A stretch of 64,000 nucleotides of DNA from Protoeuglena noctilucae. Lineage: Eukaryota. Location: contig OY253680.1 in assembly GCA_958009085.1 (NCBI GenBank), forward strand, positions 868,001 through 932,000, given 5' to 3'. Made by a program: the position numbers and the translations under genes. The notes under the pieces are model-generated. The model was not told the DNA's origin. It saw nothing but the letters and a program-made list of their open reading frames with translations, and ran no database searches. Below, piece by piece: positions 11,494 to 23,200 of the stretch (positions are counted from its first letter, which is position 1; each line of letters opens with the position of its first letter).

Positions 11494-14400
11494 ATGATGG
11501 CCGAGGCTGGCATGAGCGAGCGGAGCCTGACGCTCACTCTCGACCTTCCCGTCGCCCAGGCGACACCCTCGCCCCCTCTCCCCGACTTCGACCCCAAGGC
11601 ACGCGACCGCTATGAATGCGCGCGCGCGTGCGCCCGAACAGATGTATCGAAGCTACCGGAGTCACATGAGCGACTGACGTCACGAATATCCTCGTCCCTT
11701 CTCGCTGCAGAAGCCCTTTGCGTTTTCCGCGCTGCAGGCGCTCAGCATCGAGCTCAAGGCGGACCTGCGAGGTGAGAGTCGCGTGCGTCAAAGATAACAT
11801 AATCGATGGCAACCGGTAAACCTGGCCTGCGATGGCGCTCGCGGCGCAACGGGCATGCCCGCACTCGGTTGTCACACGCAGAGCCCAAATGGGACCTCTT
11901 GGCCTTCACCGGGGGCCCCGTGGGATGCGTGGACTGGTGCCCGCGTCGCTTCGGAGGCACGGCGTTCGTGGCAGTGGGGGCGAATCCCCCACGCGTGGCC
12001 AAGACACGGGGCGGCGTGCTGCTGTCAGGGCCTTGCGCCATTCAGGTGAGCCCCATTTGAAAGATGACTGGCCCGGGCTGCTGCTTCCCATGGCCCACAG
12101 AGTTATACCCACTTCATCCTCCACCCCCCACCCTCGCCGCCCCTCTAATCTTGCCCACAACGAACGCCTGCGACACTGCCCAGTCAGTTCTTACTCTCTC
12201 ATCCCTGTCATCGATGCTTAGATCTGGGCCCTGGCCGAGTCGATCGCCCAAGGCAACAATGCCGCGGGTGCCGTCCAGCGCGCGCCTGCCCGGCTGTTGT
12301 TGGCGACGACTCTGGCACACGAGGGGGGCAAGACGTGGGCTGTCAAATGGGAGCCGGGGGAGGGAGTGGCCGAGGTGGAGGATGGGCGAGTCAAGGTGAG
12401 GGATGGGGTGGGGGTGCGTGGAGAGTGGCTGGGTGGACAGATGAGCGATGCTAAGTCCGTGTCACTCACTACCAGTGGTCTGCTTACGAAGGCAACTGTG
12501 AGCTTGCCCGTGCTCCTATCATTACCCGGCAGAGACTTCTCATCTCCCGACGCGTTCCCGCAGTTGGGTCGGCTGGCCGCGGCGCTGGGCGACGGTCGGG
12601 TGGCGGTGGTGGACGTGTCTCTGCCTGAGGCGGACTGCCTGGCCCCGGCGTCGCTGAGTCAGGCCCAGGGGCGACGGGCGGAGGCGGAGGTGGTGTCCGA
12701 GTGCGTCATGCCCACCGGTGAGGGGCGGGGATGGTCATTGGATGGTGGGCTCGCGACAGTGGTCATGCATGGGTCAATGCAACCGCACCACCCAGCGTGC
12801 AGACGCGATCGAACGCATGCCAGCCACCACCCTCCTCACCCCCGCAGACGCAGCCACGTTGTTCAGTGGCGTGGACCCCAGCGTCGGCCCCGACGTGGCA
12901 TCCTGCATTGACTGGGCCAACGTCAATGCCGGTAGCGATGACCGAGCTGGTCGCGAGGGAGGGAACGCGAGGAAGGGCGGTGTATCGCGATCGGTGCTGG
13001 CGGTGGGGACGTTCGGGGGGTGCTGTCACTTGTTTGCATGGGAGGGCGGTCAGGGTGAGGGGGCGGGTACGGATGAAGCGAGGGGTGCAGGTGCAAGTGA
13101 AGCTGGCACGAGTGGTGCGGATGCGGGTGCGGGTCATGCAAGGGCGCCTCGCCTGCGCCGCGTGGCCACGTTGCCTGGCAAGGAGCGCCCCGTGGCGAGC
13201 GTGGAAATCGTGGGGACGAAGCGGGAGTGGGGATGGGGGGTCGATGTCGACGAGGGGGTGGCCGTGGGCGGGGAGCGGGACTTGGGCGGGGCTGGCAATG
13301 GGGCGGGAGCGGGCGTGCCCAGACCGCGTGCCGGCAACGCGTGGGTCGCGGACGTGACGGTGTGCGTGTGTGCGGGGACGGGCGGCATGGAGGTGTGGGA
13401 GGCGGGGGACCCCTTTCTGCCGCGCCTGGTGGTGGGGGAGGGGCGCATGAGGATCACGGCGGGGGCGCTGGTGCGCAAGCCATTCCTGTGCGCGGGTGAG
13501 GGACGAGGGCGGCGGTGGGGATGGCAGAGTGCGCCATTCTTTTCGATTTAATGCCCGTCACTCTCACCCCTTATTATGGAGCCATCTTCCCCATCTGTCC
13601 CACGCCCGCTCTCCTCCCTCCCCCCAGCCGTGTGCCGCGCGGCCTGGGGTCTCCGGCTGCACCCCCTCAACCCCCGCATCGTGGCCTCCCCCGACTTCTA
13701 CCTGGGCAAGTGCCCCCGGAGCCACCTGTACGAGCCCGGCTCCATGGGGGCGCTGATGGCGGTGGACGTGGCGGGGGGGACGTCCCTGGTGGCGACGGCG
13801 GGGGAGGACGGGGAGGTGGTGGCGCTGGATGCGTACGAGTGAGTGACGCGGATGGGGGGGTGGGACAGTGGTGGTTGCAGTGGTAGTGGTAGCGATGGTA
13901 GGAGTGGTGGTGAGTGGTACCCAGGCGCTCTCCCTGTGTCACATTGTCGCACCTCACAGCCAGCCATCCCACCCGCATCCCCAACCAGTGCACGTACCCC
14001 TCTCTCGTCCCATCCCAGGGCCATGCGCCCCGACAAGAAGCGCAAGTCCCGGGACTACAAGGGCGCGAGGGTGGTGGCGTCCTTCTACGTGAGCGGTCGG
14101 CACGTGGCGGTGGGGAGCGTGGGGAGGGGACTGGGGCTCACGACGGGGATCAAGCGGCAGGCGGGGGGCAAGGCGCAGGCGGGGTGAGGGAGAGGAGTGC
14201 TCGCGGGGGTGGCAGTGGGCGTAGGCGTGATGGCGTCGTGTAGCATGCGCTGGGGATGAGGGATTGACTCTCGTCTGCCCTCTTACATCATGCCCCGCAT
14301 GGCCCTTTGGCTCCCATCTGTACCCCACCGTCACCCACCCCGCCCTCTCATGACCCTGCAGTGCTGACGCCGTGGCGCTGCTGCCCGTGGACGACTGCTG

Positions 14401-14527
14401 CGTGAGCGTGGTGCGGTGGGGGCCCGGCAGCGCCACGGCCCCGCGGGTGCGGTGGCTGGCGGTCGGGTGCGGGTCGGGGCTGCTGCGGGTGCTGGAGGTG
14501 GGCGTCCCGGACAGCGCGGTGTGGTGA
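11494..14527 (+). CDS. WD40 protein resembling the TFIIIC subunit GTF3C2/Tfc6
   Basis: FTGGPVGCVDWCP...FVAVG, AIQ|IWAL, LAHEGGKTWAVKWEP, LGRLAAALGDGRVAV, WLAVGCGSGLLRV. Confidence 0.65.
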
Positions 14528-14942
14528 GGGGGATGCTGGCGGTGTGGAGATAGAAGCAGGCTGTCTGGTGGACGGACAGGGGGGAACATGGGGCAGCGGG
14601 GGGTATGGCAGCGGGGGAGAGAGCCCGCGAGTGTTCCCCTTGTCTGTTTCCGTTTCTGACTGGTTTGGCATTGCGACGCGTGAGCGTCCCCTTGAACCAG
14701 CGGCGACAGAAGACGATCTGGGAGCATTAACGAGGCTTTCGAGCCTGTGAAATCTGCATTTCGTCAGCGCGAGCGGTCGGGAAGGGCAGTTCAGCACAGT
14801 GGCGTTGGCGGCGAGGGCTCCGAGCGCCGCGCGCGAGTCCGGGCCTCGCTCCTGATCCGGTGAGTTTATTGATGCCTGCAGCCATCGTCGCATTGCCCCG
14901 ATCGCGTTCCGGCAGGCGCAGCAAGGGCCGCTTGCCGCAGTC

Positions 14943-17900
14943 ATGTCGGGCCCCGGGGCGGCGAGCGGGGAGGGCGGAGGCGTCCCAGCGCTGGTCGACG
15001 CGGATGATCTGGAGCTCGGAGCGCCTTTCAGTGGTGGCGACAGCGAGACGGTCGAGGTGCTGAGAGCGCGCTGGGTCTCGAAGGATCGGGATTTGGCGGT
15101 GAAGCGGGTGGACATGGACCTGCGCGGCACGGCTCCGAGGTCGAGGAGGGAAATGGTCCAAAGGAAGGCCGCGGATCTGGTGGAGATCGCAGCCGCGACG
15201 AGGAGTGCGACTGGCTTGTGTCCGTGAGTCGATGCTGCGGGTTGTAGGGCTGGGAACGAGATCGCCGATGATTAGTATAAACCTGGAACATGTCCTCGCT
15301 CTCCTGCAGGGTCCTGGGCGTGGCCGTCCGCGACCGGAGCCTGCTGGTGGTGATGCCGGTGTGCGCGCGTGGGTCGCTGGCGCAGCGCCTGGCAGAGGGG
15401 CCTGCCCTTTCGGCGCTGGAGGTAGTGGACGCGGCGGTGCAGGTGCTGGAGGGCCTGTGCGCCCTGCACGAGCGGGGCATCGTGCACGGCACGATCAAGC
15501 CCAGCAACGTGCTGGTGGACGACGAGGGGCGGCTCCTGCTGACAGACTACGGGCTGGCGGGGATAGCGGCGACAGCCGATGTCCAGGTGGGGCCGGGGCG
15601 CAGGAGGAGCGCTTGCCAAGCACTCTTGTCAACATCTGCCTGTGTGTCGTGGCAGATGCATACACTGGCAGTGCCCTCTCGGTCCGCCTCCGCAGCTGGA
15701 GCCAAGGAGGGTCGGCGAGGAAGCGAGGGTCGGCGCTGGGGTGTACGCGGCCCCGGAATGCAGGGGCGAGGGTCGACGTGTCGCGAGTCTCGCGTCGGAT
15801 GCGTACGCATTGGCAGCCGTGCTGTGTCACGCGGCGTCGGGTCAGGGGGCGCCCGCCGATGGCAGGCCCCCTGAAGTGCCGGATACGGTGCCGGAGCCAC
15901 TGCGGTCGGCGTTGCGGGGGGCGCTGCGTGAAGTGGCGGAGGAGAGGATGGGCGTGGCGGACATGCTGGTGGCCGCAAATGAGTCCAGGAGGTGAGTGCC
16001 TGGGTGGGCGAGGAGGAGGGCGTGGCACGCCAGGCGCATGTGGATGGGCTTGTGCGTGTGCAGCATCTCACTCCTGCGACGTGAATGCCCTCGCAGGGTG
16101 TTGCTGCAAACGTGCTGCATCTGCCGATGCGAGGAAGAGGAGGAGGCACTGACGGCGTGCTCGGCAGGGGCGCACCGCATCTGCAAAGAGTGCCTGGGGA
16201 GCCTGGTGGGGACGCTGGCGGACAATACGCGGGCACTGACTGCGGATGGGGACGTGGTGTGCAAAGAGAGCACGAAGCAAGAGTGCGGGGGCGCCTTTCG
16301 GTGCAACGAAATGGTGGAGGCGCTGGTGCAGACGCGGGCGGCAGCGGCGTGTGCGGGGTTTGTGCACGCCGTCCGAAGGCAAGCGTCGGCGGCCGCGGAC
16401 GCCAGGGCGGAGGCCCTGCGGGTGCGGGTGTTGGAGCTGGAGGCGGCAGGCATGGGTGCGGTGGAGGCGACCCTGGAAGCCCATCGGCGGGCGATGGAGG
16501 ATCTGCTGGTCGTGATTCGGTGCCCCGGTTGCCGACGCCCGGGGGACGTCGACGTCCAGAACTGCATGGCGCTATACTGCGCTCCGGATGTTGGCGGGTG
16601 CGGTAGCCACTTCTGCGCGTGGTGCATGGAGGCCTGCCCCGACTCGGACGCGGCCCATGCGCACGTGAGCGAATGCGGGCTGAACCCCAACCGACCGCAT
16701 CTGTACGCGTCAGAGAGGGACCATCAGGACAACGTCCGATGGGAGCAGCGGCTGCGGGTGGTGGCGCGTCTGCGGGACTACTTCACGAGGTGCCACATGG
16801 AGGTGGGGTGGGCGACTGAGTTCGCGACGCTGCCGGCGATCCGGGACCTGGGGTTGCGGTGGGAGGACGTGCGCGCTCACATGGACGGGGTGGTGGTGGT
16901 GCGGACCGGGGACGAGCTGGTGGAGGCGGCCAAGAGGGGCGGGGTGGTGGAGCTGGGCGGGGGCGAGGTGGTGCTGAGGAGGGCGGTGCGCGTGCGGGGC
17001 ACGAGCGTGACGGTGCGCAACGGGACGGTGCGGGTAATAGACGAGGAGATAGTGAACGACGGGTACGGCGTTCAAGTGGAGATGGGCGGGAGGTTGACGG
17101 TCGAAAATGTTCGGGTGGTGGGCACAGGGCTGAGTTGCGAAGACGGCGGGCAGGCAGAGCTTCAGGGCGTGGAGATCGCCGACTGCAGAGAAAACGGCGT
17201 GTTCTGCCGTGACCAAGGATCTAAGATCGTGGTGCAGGGAGGGCGCATTATGGGGTCCAAGGACTCAGACGGGGTGGCATGCGAAGAGGGCGGGCAGGTG
17301 GAGCTGCGGGGCGTGGAGATTGCTGACTGCAGAGAAAATGGCGTCGTGTGCACCGGCCACGGGTCCACGGTCGTGGTGCAGGGGGGGCGCATCACGGGGT
17401 CCAAGGACGGGGCCGGGGTGGCATGTGGACCGTGGGCAGGCAGAGGTGCGGGGCGTGGAGATTGCCGACTGCGAACGCAGTGGCGTGCTCTGCACCGGCC
17501 ACGGGTCCACGGTCGTGGTGCAGGGGGGGCGCATCACGGGGTCCAAGGGCGGGGCCGGGGTGGCATGCCTCGACGGTGGCCATGCGGAGGTGCGGGACGT
17601 GGAGATCGCCGACTGCAATGAGAATGGCGTGTCCTCCCGTGGCCAGGGGTCCAACGTCGTGGTGCAAGGGGGGCGCATCACGGGGTCGGTGGGTGAAAAT
17701 GGGGTGGCTTGTGAGGACGGTGGGCATGCAGAGGTCCGGGGCGTGGAGATCGCCAACAGCAATGACAGCGGCGTGTTCTGCGATGGCCCAGGGTCCAAGG
17801 TCGTGGTGCAGGGGGGTCGCATCACGGGGTCCGTGGAGCACAACGGGGTGGCGTGTCATGAGGGGGGGCAGGCGGAGGTGCGGGGCGTGGAGATCGCCGA

Positions 17901-18345
17901 CTGCAAGGAGTGTGGCGTGTTTTGCACTGACCAGGGGTCCAAGGTCGTGGTGCAGGGGGGGCGCATTACGGGGTCCAAGAACTTTGACGGGGTAGAATGC
18001 CAATTTGGCGGGCAGGTGGAGGTGCGGGACGTGCAGATCAGTGACTGCCGTCGGTACGGCTTGTCCAGCGACGGTCGTGGCAGCAGGATTAGCGGGGCCA
18101 ACATTCAGGTCGCCAGATGCCCCAAAGCGGTGTTTGTGACCAGGGGGGGGGAAGGTAGATGTGGGCCTCTGACGACGGGTGGGTGCTTGTTGGCAGGCGG
18201 ACAGGACTGGTCCACCCATGATCCTTCCAAAGCACCAATGCGCTGCAGCGTAACGGGGGAGAGTGCGATGGAGTGTGGGTACGGTGGAGTGAGTAGCCTG
18301 TCCGCCAACGGTTGCTTCGAATTGAATTTGAAGTGTAAGATGTAA
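14943..18345 (+). CDS. Pseudokinase + RING + IBR/Rcat-type Zn finger + right-handed beta-helix protein; 2-nt frameshift near 17428 (pseudogene, allele or assembly error)
   Basis: [73 protein letters not shown]; repeats GVEIADC..GV.C...[10 protein letters not shown]. Exons ~14943-15223, 15310-15586, 15698-15992, 16097-18345. Confidence 0.8.
17140..18060 (+). repeat. Seven tandem 144-nt (48-aa) beta-helix repeats
   Basis: The gtg(g/c)agat anchor falls at 17169, 17313, 17455, 17599, 17743, 17887 and 18031; all spacings are 144 except one of 142. Confidence 0.95.
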
Positions 18346-18427
18346 CGATAGGCAGCTGATGCAACTGCCAGCACTTGCATGTGTGTCACCTAAGAGGCTT
18401 CGGAGCGCTATCAAGTCCAGTCATCCT

Positions 18428-19638
18428 TCACTGTCGCATTGGTGGGCCAACCTCCACGTCCTTGCCCTTCACCCCACCGCCTCCCCTAGCCACGTCCACC
18501 GATGCGCCTTCCACAACACCCGCCTCGCTCGCAGCACTTGACGCTGCCGCATATGCCGACACCCCGCCCTCGACCAGCAGCCACGCGCCCATGAAGACGC
18601 CGTACACGAACTTGAGCGAAGGCAAATGGAATGGGCTTGGACGGTCACTGAAACAGAACACAATGTCAGCAACGCCCACCAGGATGGCTGCACGGCGTCG
18701 ATGCTGTCAATCCCAGCGCTCACCAGAGTGGCTCCATGGTGTCGATTTCGGCGCGGAAGCGGGAGACGTACGTGGTGATGCCCAGCACCACGGTGACGGA
18801 GGAGGAGAGGAGCAGAGCCATGGCGAGGGTTTGGAAGAGGACGAGGAACTGCGGGAGTGGGGCAGCGAGGGATGTGTGAATGGGCAGGATGGGAGGTTGC
18901 AGATGCGCAGGCAAGACGGGACGTGATGTGCAGGAATGGCTGCGCGTGCGAGAACACAGGCATGCCAATGAGTGCTTCGGGTGCCCAGGCCCTGCACCCC
19001 AGGTGGCCTGGCAGGCGATGCTCACCATCGAGTACCACGCAGGCTTTCGTTTCTTGAGCACGTGCATGAAGGGGCCCAGGAAGAGCCCCGTCGCGACGAT
19101 GAGGCACATGAGCGAGAAGGTCAGCCATCCAAAGCCCTTGTGCACATCTGCAGGAGTGGGTAGCTCATCTCATCGCAACCATCCTGCGCAGGTCATTCTC
19201 CTATCCGCGGCGTGCGCTGCGACATGCGACACCCCTGCTCACCTCCCAGTGACCCCTGCAACGCCTTGTACGCTGTGGCGCTCGCGGGACCGCTGTCAGC
19301 ACGGACGGCGACGGTGATCCCGGCCACGGCGAGAGCGAAGGACCCTAGGATGCACACGATGTGAGCCCACAGCCACGGCCTGGGCACCGCTTGGTAGACG
19401 CGCTTGGGCAAGGGCATCATTCTCTCGCGATGCCGGACGAGGAGCAGCGCGGCGGGGAGGAGGACGACGAAACCCGTGACCATCAGCGATCTGTGAGTCC
19501 AGAACTGATCGCTCGTGGAGGCCGCCAGGTGCTGGGTGGCGCCTGCGAGACAAATGGTCCCGGGACCCTCGCACTGCTGTCGCTGGGCCCGCACAAGCCG
19601 CTTGTCCACGCTGCCTCGCCTCTGTCTGTAACGTCCAT
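18428..19638 (-). CDS. Cytochrome b561-domain-like membrane protein
   Basis: Transmembrane helices with WTHRSLM, WLWAHIVC and VHKGFGW, His spacing typical of b561 domains. Confidence 0.6.
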
Positions 19639-20245
19639 GACGTTCCTCCTATACGCCTAGTTCAGCTCCCAGAGCGGCGTCCAGAGCAGCGCAGTCACAA
19701 CGCGCAGGCACGGTGAGAAGGTGCCGCGGACAAGGGAAGGACGCTCGCTCTTTCAGGACTTTATAAACTATGGAGCATGGCTGAGCGGCCACAAAAGTTG
19801 ATAAAGTTGCTACGACAGCAGCGACGTGGCTCAAAGCTCGATGATTCGCCAGGTGTCCGTTGGCATCTCCTGAAAGAAACTGTGTCGCCAGCACCCGGCT
19901 CGGCAACCCCCCGCATACGTCACCCGGTGCACTCCTGTGTTGTTCCAAGCCATTTTGTAAGAGCAGATCTTGCAGCCAGGGCGCCCCGAGAAACGGTGCC
20001 TGAGCTGTCACGGACGCTGACCGGCGCCGCTCGCGGTCGCGCAGGCGAGTGCGCTTGCTTGTTCTACCGATGGCGGCTGCCCGCCTGCCCGCCTGGCCGA
20101 CTCGTGCGGCTGCGGCACACCCATTTATCACTCCCAGGCTCTGCGTGGCCCTCGGATGACGCGGGCGCCCTCTCCCTCCCCCGCAGGCTCTGCAGGAGCT
20201 TGCAGCGAACTCTTCTTGCTATGTGGACTAGGGTAGCGTGACAAG

Positions 20246-23200
20246 ATGTCGCTCGCGCCCAGGTGAGGCTCGGACATGGCGCGCACCATGCGCTGCTGCG
20301 CGCCCGTGCCTCTCGCGCAGCGTGGGCCACCAGACGGCGCTCTCGCACTCTGTTATTCACTGCATTGCGAGAGGGGCAACCGGCCGGGGCCCGAGCGCAA
20401 CCCATCCGCCCGTGTCTGCAGGTGGGGATTCGGGCTCTCCAGCCCACAGGTCCTGTGGGCGGACGCCAACACGCTTGTATATCTTTCCGGTAACAGCGTG
20501 ATTGCGCACAACATCGCCTCGAGGGGTGAGAGCCGCTCCCCGCGCCGGAGCCACCCCGCCATGCGCCGCCCCCATTAAACGCGCCCGCGACCGGCGCTCC
20601 CGAACCGGGACCTCCCCGCACCTCGCGCTTTCGATTGACATTCACTTCGTGCTCCATCAAAGCCCCCCGTCGCGCCTCACGCCCCCCGCAGTGCAACACA
20701 TTGCCAAGTCCCTGGGCCTGGGCATCACGTGCTTCACGCTCAACCGCAAGTACGGCCTGGTGGCTTTCAGCGAGCGCGGGGAGGGCTATCACCCGCACAT
20801 TCGCGTGTGCCGGCTGCCCGAGTTCGGCGGCCAGGAGTTCCGGCGCCTGGCGACGGTCGACGCCACCCACGGGGACGCCGAAGTGCTGGTGGACTACTCG
20901 GCCCTGGCCTTCTCCTCCGACGGCCGCCTCCTCGCGGCGTGCGGGGGCGCGCCGGCCCCGGCCGTGACGGTCTGGGACTGGACCGACCACCGCCCGGTGG
21001 CCACGGTGCGCCTGGACGCCCCGGCCACCTTCGCGTCCTTCGACCCCTTCCAGCGCTCCCTCCTGTGCGTCTCCACGCCGCGCGGCTCCACGCTCGTGCG
21101 CGTGGACGCCGAGGGGGACGCGGCGGGCGGGCACCAGTCGGCCGCCCTCGACTCGGGGCACGGGGCGGCGGTGGCCCACGCCTGGGCGGGGCGCGGCCTG
21201 CTGCTGTGCGGGACCGACCGGGGCCGGCTGGTCTACACGCGCGTGGAGGAGGCCGCCGGGCGCCTCTCGCAGTCGCACTTCAGCCCCCCCGACGTGGCCG
21301 CCAGCGGCCCCATCACGCGCCTGGACCTCAACGCGGCCTTTGCCTTTTGCTCCGTGGAGGGGTCGGCGCAGGTGCACGTGCTGCGGAGAACGAGGCTGTC
21401 CGAGTCTGACGAAGAGTCGGACGCTGGGGAGAATGACCTCATGAGGGGCGGCATGCGGACGAGCGGCAGGGCGGGGGCGGGGGAGGGGGTGGCGTTTGAG
21501 GAGACGCTAGAGCCGGCCGGCGCGGGCACGGCGCCCTCCGGCGTGCGGCACCTGGCTGTGGGTGGCCCCGACCACGCCGTGCTCCTGGCGGTGTGCAGGG
21601 GCGGGCACATGCTGACGGGCGTGACGGTGAGCGGCGGGCGGGAGTAAACAGCGCTTTCGCAATTCCACGCTCCCTATGCAGAAAGCCAACACTTCAGTGA
21701 TGTTCAATGCCCATAGCAAATGCCCATAGCAAGCCCCCGCTGTCCCCTTCCCCCGCTCGCAGGGCAAGGACGGCTCCCTGTCCCTCCACCCCCTCCTCGA
21801 CTTCCACACCGGCCCCATCCGCGCCGTGTGCCCCCTCTCGGACTCCGTGGTGGCCACGGTCGACGCCAACGGACGCGTCGCCAGATGGGAGACCGACACC
21901 TTTGCGCCCCTCTCGTCCGCCCAGGCCGGCGGCGGCGTCACGTGCGTCGCGCACTCGCCCGCCACCCGCACCATCGCCGTTGGCGCATCGTCCGGGGTCC
22001 TGCGCCTCTACCGCGCGGACGCGGGGGGTGGCCTCACCCTGTCCGCCCGCTTCAAGCTGCACCCGGAGGCGGTCGCGCGCGTGTGCCTGTCCCCCGCGGG
22101 GGACTGCGCCGCGTCCGTGTCCTCGGACAGCAAGCTCTACTTCACGCAGGCGGCCGCCGACGGCACCTGGCGCGCCATGGGCTACGCGACACCCCCTGAT
22201 CCAGTCCTAAGCATGTGCTGGCCGGACGCAGGCGCCGTGCCCGCGCCGCTGCTGCTGATGACGGCGGCGGGGGAGGTGGTGTGGGTGCAGACGCCCCCCC
22301 GCGACGCCCAGGCCGGCCGCGACCACCGCCTCCCCACCAAGCACGCCCCCATGAAGCGCATGCGCATCGACCACCTCGTCGTGGCCGCCGCGGGGGTACC
22401 CGGGAAGGACATGCCGTCTATTCTGGGCCTGACGGGCGACCGACACCTGCAGATGTACGCGGTGCCCAAGGAGCTCCAGTCATGGTCCACCAGTGAGCGA
22501 CATGGGTGGTGTTAGTGTGGATGATGATGTGTCTTGTATGGCTGCTATGCAACGCTTTGTGGCACTGCTGCTCTTCCCTCTGTCCCTGCTTGCCATGACC
22601 TGCACCCTCACACCGTCACACGTCTCTTCCCTCACTCCCCTCACCTGTTGCTCTCCACCCCCGCAGCTGGCGCGAGGGGCGGTCGCTTGCACGCCCCCGA
22701 GCGGTCGGTGGTGGCGCATGACAGGGCAGCCACGAGCATCGCGGTGGCGCCTGACCGCGACCACCTCCTAACCACCTGCGAGGACGGGTCGGTGCGCATA
22801 TGGGGGCCAGGGCTCACCGGTGAGCGAGGGCGGTGCTGGGAGGTGTAGTGGGATGGACTGGGCTGGCAGCAAGCGATGGCACTGTGCCGCCTCCCTTGCT
22901 CTGCGCAACCCCTCCCGCGGAATGCCTCGCACATCTCCACATGCGATGTCTGTTCAACCTCCCCTCTCTGCAGTGACTCTTCCCGTGTCTGAGGGCCACC
23001 ACCTGCACAGCCAGTTCACGGGGGGGTGCACGGCGGCTGCCTTTGCCCGCCGGGGGACATTGGTCGTCACCGGTGGTCAGGACGGCACTGTGCTGGTCTC
23101 TGTGCTGCACGGCATACAGGTGACGATGCGCGGAGGCAGGCACCGTGCTGGTGGAGTGTCTGTCTGTGACTCTTTATACGCATTTACGCCCGCCCTTTCA

